From Escherichia coli (GTDB lineage Bacteria; Pseudomonadota; Gammaproteobacteria; Enterobacterales; Enterobacteriaceae), in the NCBI RefSeq assembly GCF_013122565.1, contig NZ_CP053258.1: a stretch of 64,000 nucleotides of DNA; one strand, 5' to 3'. The notes under the pieces were generated by a model. That model saw only the letters and a list, made by a program, of their open reading frames with translations. It had not been told where the DNA came from and did no database searches. The translations under genes and the position numbers were made by a program. Shown here one piece after another: positions 41,474 to 56,029 of this stretch (the first letter of the stretch is position 1; the number at the start of each line of letters is the position of its first letter).

Positions 41474-43312
41474 TTAAAAAATAACAGTATCAAACTTCCC
41501 AGAGTATATAAACTGGTTCAATGCCCGGTAATATGCTTCCCTACTGGCAACAGGAACATTTGCGGCATCAAACATTCGTTCAGTAAGATCTTTCATTTCT
41601 CTGCTACTTACTGTTGTCCAATCCACTTTCCCACCAACTCTTCTTCCGGTTTTCTGCTCTAACCAATCTCTATATACTTTTTTTGTTGCAGCATGATTAG
41701 CCTCGGATAATGCAATTGTTGGTGACTTTGAAGGATATTTCCCTCCATAAGATGGCACATTCTTAGACATCCAAATATCAAGCACACCATGATGGTTTTC
41801 TAAAGAGGAATTAATTGGTCGATAAGGAACAACATCAAACTCTTTAACTTCACCGCACTTAAGTCCAAGGGGATCTATCCACCCCAGCGGATTCGGCGCA
41901 TAAGCATACTGGTTCAGCCCACCCGCCAGCCCTATCGGGTCCTGGCTTACGAACCGCCCGCACTCCGGCGCATAATACCTGAACAGATTATAGTGCAGCC
42001 CCGTCTCTTCATCATAATACTGCCCCGGCAGCCGCAGCGGCTGTTCAAAGTACGCCCCGCTGTTGCTGATATCGCCCCGGTTTTCGCCAAATCCCGCCTG
42101 GTAGCCCGCCCACACCAGCGTCCCGTCCGCCGCGGTCACCTCCTGTACCGTGCCCGTCAGGTCCGTGTGGTAATACCAGATTTTTTGACTCTCTCCGCGC
42201 CCCGTGATGGCGGCCACCGGCGTGTACGGCTGTTCCGCGTCGTACAGGTATGTCCGCTTTCCCTGCCACGTTGTCTCCTGCAACAGCCGGAACCCTTCCC
42301 ACACAAACGTTGTCCGGCTTCGTTCTCCCCGGTCCGTATGGCGGCCATATGTCGCCTTGCTGATGCGCCTGCCCAGCGCATCATACTGATACCGCGTCTC
42401 GCTGTTGCTGCTGATGACCCGCGTTAACTGGCCCTGCGCGTTCCACTCCAGCTGCTGGTCCCTGCGCTCTGTCAGTTCGCCCCATTCGTTATAGCGGTAG
42501 CGGTCACGCCCGTAGCCCGGCAGGCGGTTATCCATCACCGCTCCCTGATATTCATCCGTCAGCAGGTTGCCCGCTTTATCGTAATAATAATGGTCATGGT
42601 CATACATCTGCCCCGTGCGGCTGGTCAGCCAGCCGCTGCGGTCATAGCTGAACACCAGGCAACCGCGCAGTTTGTCATTGATGCCGCCGACTTCACCGTC
42701 TGCGTTCCAGATATAGTCCCGCGCTGTCACGCTGTCGCTGTGTGACGGGGGTGTGGCTGTCTGCTGTGGGTTCTGGCTGCCGCCTGGCAGGCTGCGCTGC
42801 CAGCTTAACCGGTTGTCGGCGTTGTAGCCGCTGAACGTCGCCAGTTTCCCCTGGGTGCGCATCACCTGACGGTGCAGACTGTCACGCTCATATTCACTGA
42901 CCGTGATACCGTCCAGTGCCGTCTGGAGCAGATGTCCGCTGCCGTAGTAAAGATGGCTGAGGTGCTGCCCGTTCGGTAACGTGATGTCGGTGGGATTGCC
43001 CAGCGCGTCACGCTGATATTTTATGCTGCCGTGCACGCTGTGCTCTGCCGTCAGCCACCCGCTGCGGTCATACGCAAAGCGCACCGTGTCCGCCTGCATG
43101 TGGTGCAGCCGTTCCCCTTCTTTCGTCGGGGTGAGCGTCACTTCCGTTATCTGGTCAAGACGGTTGTAGCTGAAGGTCCGTGTACTGTGCTGCGTGTCAC
43201 TGCGCAACAGGCGGCCCAGCGCATCACGCTCCTGTCGCTCATTACGCACCCCGCCTTCTGTACCCTGCGTCTGGATGATGACCGGATACCCGCCCGCATT
43301 CAGCACAAACAT
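41474..43312 (-). CDS. Orphan rhs C-terminal toxin module 1: 5'-truncated Rhs core (~1.6 kb retained, homology up to ~43468) plus unique ~130-aa tip
   Basis: Core identical in register to the main rhs from ...[12 protein letters not shown] to DPLGL; tip KCGEVKEFDVVPYRPINSSLENHHGVLDIWMSK... (possible xHH nuclease-like motif, weak). Confidence 0.65.
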   Translation of the reverse strand: MFVLNAGGYPVIIQTQGTEGGVRNERQERDALGRLLRSDTQHSTRTFSYNRLDQITEVTLTPTKEGERLHHMQADTVRFAYDRSGWLTAEHSVHGSIKYQRDALGNPTDITLPNGQHLSHLYYGSGHLLQTALDGITVSEYERDSLHRQVMRTQGKLATFSGYNADNRLSWQRSLPGGSQNPQQTATPPSHSDSVTARDYIWNADGEVGGINDKLRGCLVFSYDRSGWLTSRTGQMYDHDHYYYDKAGNLLTDEYQGAVMDNRLPGYGRDRYRYNEWGELTERRDQQLEWNAQGQLTRVISSNSETRYQYDALGRRISKATYGRHTDRGERSRTTFVWEGFRLLQETTWQGKRTYLYDAEQPYTPVAAITGRGESQKIWYYHTDLTGTVQEVTAADGTLVWAGYQAGFGENRGDISNSGAYFEQPLRLPGQYYDEETGLHYNLFRYYAPECGRFVSQDPIGLAGGLNQYAYAPNPLGWIDPLGLKCGEVKEFDVVPYRPINSSLENHHGVLDIWMSKNVPSYGGKYPSKSPTIALSEANHAATKKVYRDWLEQKTGRRVGGKVDWTTVSSREMKDLTERMFDAANVPVASREAYYRALNQFIYSGKFDTVIF

Positions 43313-43517
43313 CCGTATCAGACCGTCCGGGCGCTGTTCTCCCGTCAGCCGTCCGTCCGCATCGTGACTGAACCGGTAAAGCGCTCCGTTGCCGTTGCTC
43401 AGACTGGCAATCCATCCCTCCGCGGTATAATGCCAGCGCGTCTCCCGTTTCTCTTCATCCGTGTGGCACGCCAGTTAACATACGTCTACTGACAAAACCA
43501 TTAGTCCAAACAAAATC

Positions 43518-48474
<4,957 letters not shown>

Positions 48475-48497
48475 AGAAAAATTCCTTTTATATTTTT

Positions 48498-50711
48498 TTA
48501 TTCAGAAACGTCCGGGGTAGGTAACGGGGCAATATCATCCGCAGTCATGGCTGTGCCGCCATCCGGATTCATATCAATGCCACTGCCAATGAGTTGCATA
48601 ACATCGCTGGTGTGCAGTAAAAGTTGTTTTCCGCAAAACTCAATCGAGCCATCCTTGTGTAATACAAGCGCTGCATTGCCGCAACGAAGGGTAAATTGAT
48701 CGCCAACATCCAGACGATATGTCGTTCCGACATTGATGGTTTGAGCCAGTTTGACGGAAAGACCATCATTTTTTGTGATGGTGGCATTACGGTCTTCTCC
48801 CACGCTGATGGTTTCATTTTTGACAATGGTTTTTATGCGATCGACCATGACCGTGTGGGTTTCATTGTTTTTTACCGTGGTATTGAGGTCTTTTTCCGCA
48901 TGGAACTTCACCTCTTCTGCCCCCGTTTTATCGTCAAAGCGCAGCATGTTTCCGTTGGTCGGCCCGCCATACAGCGAGTGGCTGAATATCCCGCTCTGCG
49001 AGGCCATACCCGGCAGTCCCCACGGCGGCATGGTGTCCTGGTTATAGGTGCGCCCTACAATGATCGGTAAATCCGGGTCGCCGTTTTTGAAATCCACCAG
49101 CACTTCCTGACCGATGCGCGGGATCTGGATCATGCCGAATCCTTTCCCTGCCCACGGATAGCTGACGCGGATCCAGCAGGAGCTGTTTTCGTCATTATTA
49201 CCGTAACGATCCCAGCCAAACTGCACCTTCACCCGTCCATATTTGTCCGTCCAGATTTCCTGCCCCGCCGGGCCGGTGACGATGGCGCTCTGCGGGCCTT
49301 TGGTGTGGGGTTTGCTCAGGGTTCGCTGTGGGCGGTAAACTTCGCTGGTTGGGTGCAGTTCAAACGTGGTGACATAGGTAAAATGCTGATCCTGGCCGCT
49401 GTGCTGCGCATTGTCCCGTAAAAACAGCGTGGTCTGTACCAGCAGGTATTCCTGATTAATTTCTGCCGTCGGGTGATTCATCAATGTAAAGGTGTACCCG
49501 GTCATGAGGGTACGGATATGACCGGCCCCATGTGCCCGGCTGCCTGGGCTACGCTGCGCTTCCATACGAATACGCGTCAACATCTCGCCTTCGCCCGTAG
49601 TGAAGTAATCACCAGGCCATTCGTAATGCTCGTATTCAGCATGACCGGTATCACGCGGACTGGCCACGGTACTTTTAAGCAGCGAACGAGGCTTCATAAA
49701 ATCAAAATCGTCCATCACCCACTTTCCAGTACGCAGCCTCTCACTGGCCGTAATGGTGTGAATAAATTCCTTATCCAGTTTCAGCCCTTCCTGGTGCCAC
49801 TCCACCAGTGGCGAGTCAGGGCACGCTTTATGACCATTGATGGCATCCGCCAGCACCAGCGTGTGGCTGTTCTCGCTGTGCTCAAACCACCAGTAAATTC
49901 CCCACTCCTGCATCAGGCGCTGGATGAAATCAAAATCCGTTTCACCGTACTGTACCTGCCAGGCACGAGGTGGATAATTTTCCACCAGCCGTTTTTCCAC
50001 CGGAAAGGAATATTCATCCAGTACTTCATCGAGAATATCCACCACGGTTTTATTCTGGAACGCTTTGTAGTCGCTGGTGTGGGTCAGCAGTTTCAGCCAC
50101 GGTTCAATGCGTAATTCATACGTTACCGAGCGGCCCTCATGGCCCACCACCCGCGCCGCTGTCACCAGCCCGCTGATATGCCGTTTGCCGCCGCCGTCCA
50201 GTTCGATATTGACGCACAGATCTTTGCCCACCATGGGCTGAAGCGGCAGGTTAGCAGCGGGGGAAACGTACCCCAGGTTCAGGGCGTCCGGCGTTTTAAG
50301 CTGTACTGTGTAGGAAAACAGATTCCCAAGCCCTTCCGAACCATTCATGCCTGCAAACAAAAGCATCTGCGGCGGCACCGCACTACCACTTACTGTGACG
50401 TTATGCGCCCCCGGACCACCTGCAGCAAGCGACGCCGCCGCATCCTGAACTGCACCAGCCATATCCGATATCCCTGCTGCGGCGGCTGCGGCTTGCGCAG
50501 CAGCTACTGCGGCTTTAACCAGACCTGACGGTTCCGGCAACGCACCAAACAGGTCCGCCGCTGCCTGTTCTACCATCTGCTCGGCTGCATCAGCTACATC
50601 GGTTGCGGCTGAACCAGGGCTTATACCACCACTTTCGCCAGCTATTGGTGGTGTGGTGATGACGGGTCCACCGTTTCCAACTGGTTTATTACCCGTAGAT
50701 ACAAAACTCAT
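48498..50711 (-). CDS. vgrG: T6SS spike protein VgrG (737 aa as the longest ORF, includes a ~100-aa Ala/Gly-rich N-terminal extension; true start uncertain)
   Basis: gp27/gp5-like VgrG body ([25 protein letters not shown]..., C-terminal ...[19 protein letters not shown]...); N-terminal [22 protein letters not shown]...[10 protein letters not shown] segment precedes the conserved start of the VgrG fold. Confidence 0.85.
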   Translation of the reverse strand: MSFVSTGNKPVGNGGPVITTPPIAGESGGISPGSAATDVADAAEQMVEQAAADLFGALPEPSGLVKAAVAAAQAAAAAAGISDMAGAVQDAAASLAAGGPGAHNVTVSGSAVPPQMLLFAGMNGSEGLGNLFSYTVQLKTPDALNLGYVSPAANLPLQPMVGKDLCVNIELDGGGKRHISGLVTAARVVGHEGRSVTYELRIEPWLKLLTHTSDYKAFQNKTVVDILDEVLDEYSFPVEKRLVENYPPRAWQVQYGETDFDFIQRLMQEWGIYWWFEHSENSHTLVLADAINGHKACPDSPLVEWHQEGLKLDKEFIHTITASERLRTGKWVMDDFDFMKPRSLLKSTVASPRDTGHAEYEHYEWPGDYFTTGEGEMLTRIRMEAQRSPGSRAHGAGHIRTLMTGYTFTLMNHPTAEINQEYLLVQTTLFLRDNAQHSGQDQHFTYVTTFELHPTSEVYRPQRTLSKPHTKGPQSAIVTGPAGQEIWTDKYGRVKVQFGWDRYGNNDENSSCWIRVSYPWAGKGFGMIQIPRIGQEVLVDFKNGDPDLPIIVGRTYNQDTMPPWGLPGMASQSGIFSHSLYGGPTNGNMLRFDDKTGAEEVKFHAEKDLNTTVKNNETHTVMVDRIKTIVKNETISVGEDRNATITKNDGLSVKLAQTINVGTTYRLDVGDQFTLRCGNAALVLHKDGSIEFCGKQLLLHTSDVMQLIGSGIDMNPDGGTAMTADDIAPLPTPDVSE

Positions 50712-50735
50712 GATATTTGCTCCTTTAATACCGGA

Positions 50736-51122
50736 TTAAAATCTAGCCCCTGGTGGCCAAAAAATATAAGTAATAACTCTCCATTGCCCGTCTTTATAAT
50801 GAAACCAACATGTCAGATTCAAATCCCCCTGCAAATTCCAGAACATTTCCTTAATAGGAACATCTTGAAATTCAGGATCTGTTATGCGATAAGTTTGATT
50901 CAAGCCGATATAATACTCACCAACAAATTTATATCGTGGCCTCACGAACTCATGAGCAGGCGGCCCATATTTTTTCATAAAAAAGATGTCATTACTTCCA
51001 TCATGTATATCATTTTCTTCATAATATTTGGTGGATTGAGCAACTGCAGAAGGCTTGAAAACATTCACTGTAGTTATGTAAGTTATTGAAAGAAAAATCA
51101 CTATAATGCAGAAAAATTTCAT
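50736..51122 (-). CDS. Predicted periplasmic immunity protein 1 (signal peptide; paralogue of 52819..53181)
   Basis: 128 aa, MKFFCIIVIFLSITYITTVNVF... signal peptide; shares ...EFQDVPIKEMFWN..DLNLTCW.HYK.GQW.VI...WPPG..F with the paralogue; 4-nt overlap with upstream effector gene. Confidence 0.6.
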   Translation of the reverse strand: MKFFCIIVIFLSITYITTVNVFKPSAVAQSTKYYEENDIHDGSNDIFFMKKYGPPAHEFVRPRYKFVGEYYIGLNQTYRITDPEFQDVPIKEMFWNLQGDLNLTCWFHYKDGQWRVITYIFWPPGARF

Positions 51123-51820
51123 TTGGTTACATTCAATAAAGTAAATTTAGTTTCAGGCATTATGACATTCAACGTTATAGTTGCGTTTTTAAGGTATCGT
51201 TCCCGAAGCTCCATTCCCACATTCATCAACCCACTAATATCTCCAACATACGGAGACGAAGAATCATAATCATCATCTAAGTAACCAAGTACATGTCCGG
51301 CTTCATGAGGTATATTTACTTGCAACGTATTGTTACAGTTAATACATTTCGCTACTTTTTCCAGGTCCGCTGAATCAACATGAACCGTACTGTTTTTAAA
51401 ATCAACATATGTTCTTAAATCAGCACCAGGCAAAACCTTTGTTGCAATAACCAACCAGTCTTCATTCTGAGATGCAGAAATTATTCTTACATCAAAAGGC
51501 AAAGCTTTACCCTGAAATTTTTTAGCGAACTCAGATTCACCGGAAACAGAATAAGTTATTTTCCCATTCCATGCCTGCTGAACAGATAAATATATCGCTC
51601 GCATAAAAATAGCTTTTTCCCATATAGTCCAGTCATCTGTAACGGTATTATCCTTATACCACTCATACTTCCATCTTATCACAGCCGTAATCGAACCAGT
51701 ATTTTGATTTAATAAATACGTCCTCCTACCATCCTTATGTATAATGATATCGCCATCAATATTTGTTTTTTCATAGTATTCGGCCAGCAAACTATTCTCA
51801 TCATATTTAAGCTTGGTCAT
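51119..51820 (-). CDS. Candidate T6SS effector 1: HExxH zinc-metallopeptidase-like protein (233 aa)
   Basis: HEAGHVLGY motif plus conserved block LMNVGMELRERYL shared with the 268-aa paralogue; AT-rich; no signal peptide; followed by a signal-peptide protein. Confidence 0.6.
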   Translation of the reverse strand: MTKLKYDENSLLAEYYEKTNIDGDIIIHKDGRRTYLLNQNTGSITAVIRWKYEWYKDNTVTDDWTIWEKAIFMRAIYLSVQQAWNGKITYSVSGESEFAKKFQGKALPFDVRIISASQNEDWLVIATKVLPGADLRTYVDFKNSTVHVDSADLEKVAKCINCNNTLQVNIPHEAGHVLGYLDDDYDSSSPYVGDISGLMNVGMELRERYLKNATITLNVIMPETKFTLLNVTK

Positions 51821-52032
51821 TTTACTCTCATTAAATAATAATTATTTGTATCGAAAATATTATTTTATATATTACGAGTATTGCCCCTTCAGCCGCAGCG
51901 CATCCACATACCGTCCTTCACTGCAGGGCAAGATTACGAAAGCCCGCCCCCCGCAAGGACTGACGCGAGGTAGTTTCTGTCCATGGCTGCTTTTCTCATC
52001 TTACGTCTTAACCCTGCCTTGGTTTCGCCGTA

Positions 52033-52794
52033 CTACACCTGCCAGGCGCGGGGGGGATAATTTTCCACCAGCCGTTTTTCCACCGGAAAGGAATATTCAT
52101 CCAGTACTTCATCGAGAATATCCACCACGGTTTTATTCTGGAATGCTTTGTAGTCGCTGGTATGGGTCAGCAGCTTCAGCCATGGCTCAATGCGTAATTC
52201 ATACGTTACCGAACGGCCCTCATGGCCGACCACCCTCGCCGCCGTCACCAGCCCGCTGATATACCGTTTTCCGCCACCGTCCAGTTCAATGTTGACGCAC
52301 AGGTCTTTGCCCACCATGGGCTGAAGCGGCAGGTTAGCAGCGGGGGAAACGTACCCCAGGTTCAGGGCGTCCGGCGTTTTAAGCTGTACTGTGTAGGAAA
52401 ACAGATTCCCAAGCCCTTCCGAACCATTCATGCCTGCAAACAAAAGCAGCTGCGGCGGCACCGCACTACCACTTACTGTGACGTTATGCGCCCCCGGTCC
52501 ACCGGCAGCAATCGACGCCGCCGCATCCTGAACTGCACCAGCCATATCCGATATCCCTGCTGCGGCGGCTGCGGCTTGCGCAGCAGCTACTGCGGCTTTA
52601 ACCAGACCTGACGGTTCCGGCAACGCACCAAACAGGTCCGCCGCTGCCTGTTCTACCATCTGCTCGGCTGCATCAGCGACATCGGTTGCGGCTGAACCAG
52701 GGCTTATACCACCACTTTCGCCAGCTATTGGTGGTGTGGTGATGACGGGTCCACCGTTTCCAACTGGTTTATTACCCGTAGATACAAAACTCAT
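52033..52794 (-). pseudogene. vgrG: vgrG 5' fragment (N-terminal ~255 codons duplicated; body replaced)
   Basis: Near-identical to the first ~780 bp of vgrG at 49935-50711, including the Ala-rich N-terminal segment; homology breaks near 52017-52036. Confidence 0.75.
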
Positions 52795-52818
52795 GATATT
52801 TGCTCCTTTAATACCGGA

Positions 52819-53181
52819 TTAAAATTTGGATCCTGGCGGCCAATAAACTCGGGATATAACTATCCATTTACCATTTTTATAATGAAGCCAACATGTTAAA
52901 TTTAGATCTTTATTAACATTCCAAAACATCTCCTTAATAGGAACATCTTTAAATTCAGGATTATTTGAAGGGTAAGTCCGTTCTATGCCACCATAATAAA
53001 TACCTACAAAATCATGCCTTGGGTTTATAAAATAATGTTCAGGAGAACCATATTTTCTCACTAGTGAATCTTCATCATCCCCCCACTGAACATCTTTGTT
53101 ATGCATCTCACTGGCAAAAATATCTAGAGTTACAAGCAATATCAATAACGTAAAAAATAGAGCGATTTTCTTCTGGATCAT
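52819..53181 (-). CDS. Predicted periplasmic immunity protein 2 (signal peptide; paralogue of 50736..51122)
   Basis: 120 aa, MIQKKIALFFTLLILLVTLDIFA signal peptide; conserved C-terminal block with paralogue. Confidence 0.6.
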   Translation of the reverse strand: MIQKKIALFFTLLILLVTLDIFASEMHNKDVQWGDDEDSLVRKYGSPEHYFINPRHDFVGIYYGGIERTYPSNNPEFKDVPIKEMFWNVNKDLNLTCWLHYKNGKWIVISRVYWPPGSKF

Positions 53182-53984
53182 TTTATTACACTCGCAACAG
53201 AAAACGTAGTTAAGGGATATACTAAATTCAAGTCAATACAGACACCTTCCAGGTAGCGTTCCCGAAGTTCCATCCCAACATTCATTAACGCGGCAGTATC
53301 TATTTTATATTTAGACACAGGCTTACCAAACTTATCAAGTTCATATTCATCCTCCAGATAACGAATCATATGTCCAATTTCATGAACTATATTTACCTGA
53401 TAAAAACCACATATTGACTGATTCTCTGGAGCACATTTTTCTGATAACGAAGTATCTTTAAAATAAAAATGAGCAAACCGATTTTTCCAGTTAACATAAG
53501 GCCTGCCATCATCATTACCAGGAACGGTTCTTAATACGTCTACATTCCAGTGTTCTTTTTGATGGACCGGAATCATATTTATGCTGAAAGGCAATCTTTT
53601 ACTCTTGAATTTCTCAGCAAAATCAGAGTCCCCTGAGACAGATAAAAATATCTTATCATTCCATCCATAACAGATTGCAGAAAATGATTCATATATAAAA
53701 CTAACTTCATCCAGGTATGTCCAGTTATCTCCTACATTGTTCTGATTCACCCAGTTAAATTTCCATCTCATTAATAATGCAATGTCGCCTGTATCACTAT
53801 TCAGGATATATTCGCCATGTTCTGTATTCATCCTGAGACACTTCCCATCTTCTACGGTGTCAGGGCAAAACTTATGCATGAGTTTAATAAAGAATTCATG
53901 CGATAGATTTATTTTACTCTCTCCAACAACACCATCTACATGTGTTGTGAGCGAACCAGATTTATTCCCTGAAGAAGAACTCAT
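53178..53984 (-). CDS. Candidate T6SS effector 2: HExxH zinc-metallopeptidase-like protein (268 aa)
   Basis: HEIGHMIRY motif and LMNVGMELRERYL block; first ~10 codons and the 25 bp upstream resemble the vgrG 5' end (MSSSSGNKSGS vs [11 protein letters not shown]). Confidence 0.6.
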   Translation of the reverse strand: MSSSSGNKSGSLTTHVDGVVGESKINLSHEFFIKLMHKFCPDTVEDGKCLRMNTEHGEYILNSDTGDIALLMRWKFNWVNQNNVGDNWTYLDEVSFIYESFSAICYGWNDKIFLSVSGDSDFAEKFKSKRLPFSINMIPVHQKEHWNVDVLRTVPGNDDGRPYVNWKNRFAHFYFKDTSLSEKCAPENQSICGFYQVNIVHEIGHMIRYLEDEYELDKFGKPVSKYKIDTAALMNVGMELRERYLEGVCIDLNLVYPLTTFSVASVIK

Positions 53985-54311
53985 GCTATTGACTCCTTTA
54001 ATACTGGGGTAGAGATTTAGCCCACGACAGTCGTATTCCTGTTTTTTACATCCAATAAAATAGAATATTAATAAATTAGGATAATATTTTTACTTTACTC
54101 ACTCTACTTTCAATCTGAGTTCTCCGTACAATCGGGTTCTGACATTGAACCTTCCGACTGAAATACACCACTCCCCCCTCTATCCAGTCGCAACGCATCC
54201 ACATACCGCCCCCTTGCTGTTCTGCTGCCAGAACCATCCATGCCCCTGCTGCGCCTGCGTTAACATTTTTGCTAGCCAGCACGGTCACGGCAGGCAATTC
54301 CATGACATGTA

Positions 54312-54773
54312 CTACTCATCCGTACAACCCAGCCCCCGGCGCTGAACCACTTCACTGGCAAACGTTGCTCCGGTTTTTTTCATTATTCCCTGCTGGATTT
54401 TTTGTAACTCCGGGTATACAACCCGCTCACATTCATTTATTTCCCATATGTCACCCGTCTTAGGACTAACCGAAAACAACCCTAAATAGTCTGTTGCTCC
54501 AGCAGTCGGCGTATCATAGCCAAGACTAAAATCATAATATCCGGGATGAGGCGCATTGCCCTGACCATCCTGTAAATCTCCATCAATAAAAATCCCTTCC
54601 AGCGATAAATTATACTTTTGGTGCCTGAGTACAATAATAAGCAGTTTTTCCGCCTGTGCTTTCGTCATCCCTTCGCGGTTTATATCTGATAAATTAAATT
54701 CAGACGTATTCCCCTGAACGTAGCAAACCGCAGAGGCAAGAAGAAAAAAAACAAATATTATTTTACGGGGCAC
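54312..54773 (-). CDS. Predicted periplasmic immunity protein for the glucosaminidase-like effector (signal peptide)
   Basis: 153 aa, MPRKIIFVFFLLASAVCYVQG signal peptide; overlaps the upstream effector stop. Confidence 0.55.
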   Translation of the reverse strand: MPRKIIFVFFLLASAVCYVQGNTSEFNLSDINREGMTKAQAEKLLIIVLRHQKYNLSLEGIFIDGDLQDGQGNAPHPGYYDFSLGYDTPTAGATDYLGLFSVSPKTGDIWEINECERVVYPELQKIQQGIMKKTGATFASEVVQRRGLGCTDE

Positions 54774-55228
54774 GCCATTCTCCTTCCGACCATAATAATA
54801 ATGTCAGCAGTTTTTTTGGCATAATTATCTGTTCCGCCTGTGCTACTATCTCCAGAATTAAATCCGGCCTTTACCAGAGCATCACAGAAAGCCAAAGCAT
54901 CCTTTATGTCTCTGGCTGCATTACCATATTTTATTGCAAAAGATCGTGCACAGATTGAAAAAGACGGAAAAGTAGCCACCCGGGTTTTCTTGTTACCGTG
55001 CGGACGGATTTCGCCTGACTGAAATGATGCAGGGGCATGCAGGGAGAAATAGTTGTTATATTCCCTGGCAATACGGCCTGTACCATACTGGCTCTCCGCC
55101 GCGGCAAGCCCCAGAATATTTTCCACAGGAACATTAAGTTGTTTAGCGATTAATTCACATTCTTTCAGATGCTGCTGAACAAACCTTACTGCATTAACAT
55201 CATTACAGGCTTTGTCATAAGACCCCAT
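54758..55228 (-). CDS. Candidate T6SS glycoside-hydrolase effector (GH73 / FlgJ-type glucosaminidase-like, Tge-like)
   Basis: 156 aa; ILGLAAAESQYGTGRIAREYNNYFSLHA matches the GH73 catalytic-Glu region pattern (A..ES.wG.......NN.FG); no signal peptide; followed by a signal-peptide protein. Confidence 0.55.
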   Translation of the reverse strand: MGSYDKACNDVNAVRFVQQHLKECELIAKQLNVPVENILGLAAAESQYGTGRIAREYNNYFSLHAPASFQSGEIRPHGNKKTRVATFPSFSICARSFAIKYGNAARDIKDALAFCDALVKAGFNSGDSSTGGTDNYAKKTADIIIMVGRRMACPVK

Positions 55229-55255
55229 GATCCACTACTCCTTATCTGATTATTT

Positions 55256-56029
55256 TTAATGCTGCCGGATATCCAGCCGCAACGCATCCACATACCGCCC
55301 CTCGCTGTTCTGCTGCCAGAACCAGCCCTGCCCCTGCTGCGCCTGCGTCAGCATTTTGTCCGGCCAGCCCGGCCACGGCAGGTGGCGCACACCGGGCAGT
55401 TCCACTACCGGCACGTCCGGCAGGCCGGTGAGTTCCCGGCTACGCTGCGGTACACGTCGTAAGCCGCGTAGCCACTGCGCCCAGCGCGGCCCCGGTCGCC
55501 ACATCGCCCAGAGCTGGTCTGTCTGCTCCGCCAGTCGACCGCAGCGTTCTGTCTGTGGTGAGACATGAGCTGCCGTCAACTGCGCCAGCCAGTACAGCCA
55601 GCCCTTTGTGTCATCCAGGCTCTCTTCCAGCCATTCCCGCCCGGCACGCTGGTAAATCACCAGTGGCCACGACCTGCCCGTACTGTCACGTGAGGCGGTC
55701 AGCACCCCGGTCAGCCACTCATCGCGCCCGCCAATGGGGAGAAATCCCGGCGATAATACAAAGCTCCACGGTAGCGGATGGTGTTCCGGCACCTCCGTTT
55801 TCTCGCGCGGTGACAGGTGCATCCAACCGTCATTTACTCCGGTTTTCGCAGCATCCGTTCCTTCCGGCAGAACAATATGCCGCCCCTGTCCCAGCCACGT
55901 CTGCTGGTTCAGCCACGCCTGCCACACCTGCCCATCGTTCGCGCTCACCCGCCAGCGCACGTAGTCCCGCTGATCCGGCAGTCTGCCGAACATCGCCGGA
56001 ACCGATACCACCGCAGCCCGGCGCATCAC
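55256..56029 (-). CDS. tagF: T6SS-associated protein TagF-like (DUF2094)
   Basis: 257 aa directly downstream of and overlapping tssM; 3'-end sequence recurs as ~30-100 bp remnants at 54196-54300 and 51888-51912. Confidence 0.6.
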   Translation of the reverse strand: MMRRAAVVSVPAMFGRLPDQRDYVRWRVSANDGQVWQAWLNQQTWLGQGRHIVLPEGTDAAKTGVNDGWMHLSPREKTEVPEHHPLPWSFVLSPGFLPIGGRDEWLTGVLTASRDSTGRSWPLVIYQRAGREWLEESLDDTKGWLYWLAQLTAAHVSPQTERCGRLAEQTDQLWAMWRPGPRWAQWLRGLRRVPQRSRELTGLPDVPVVELPGVRHLPWPGWPDKMLTQAQQGQGWFWQQNSEGRYVDALRLDIRQH

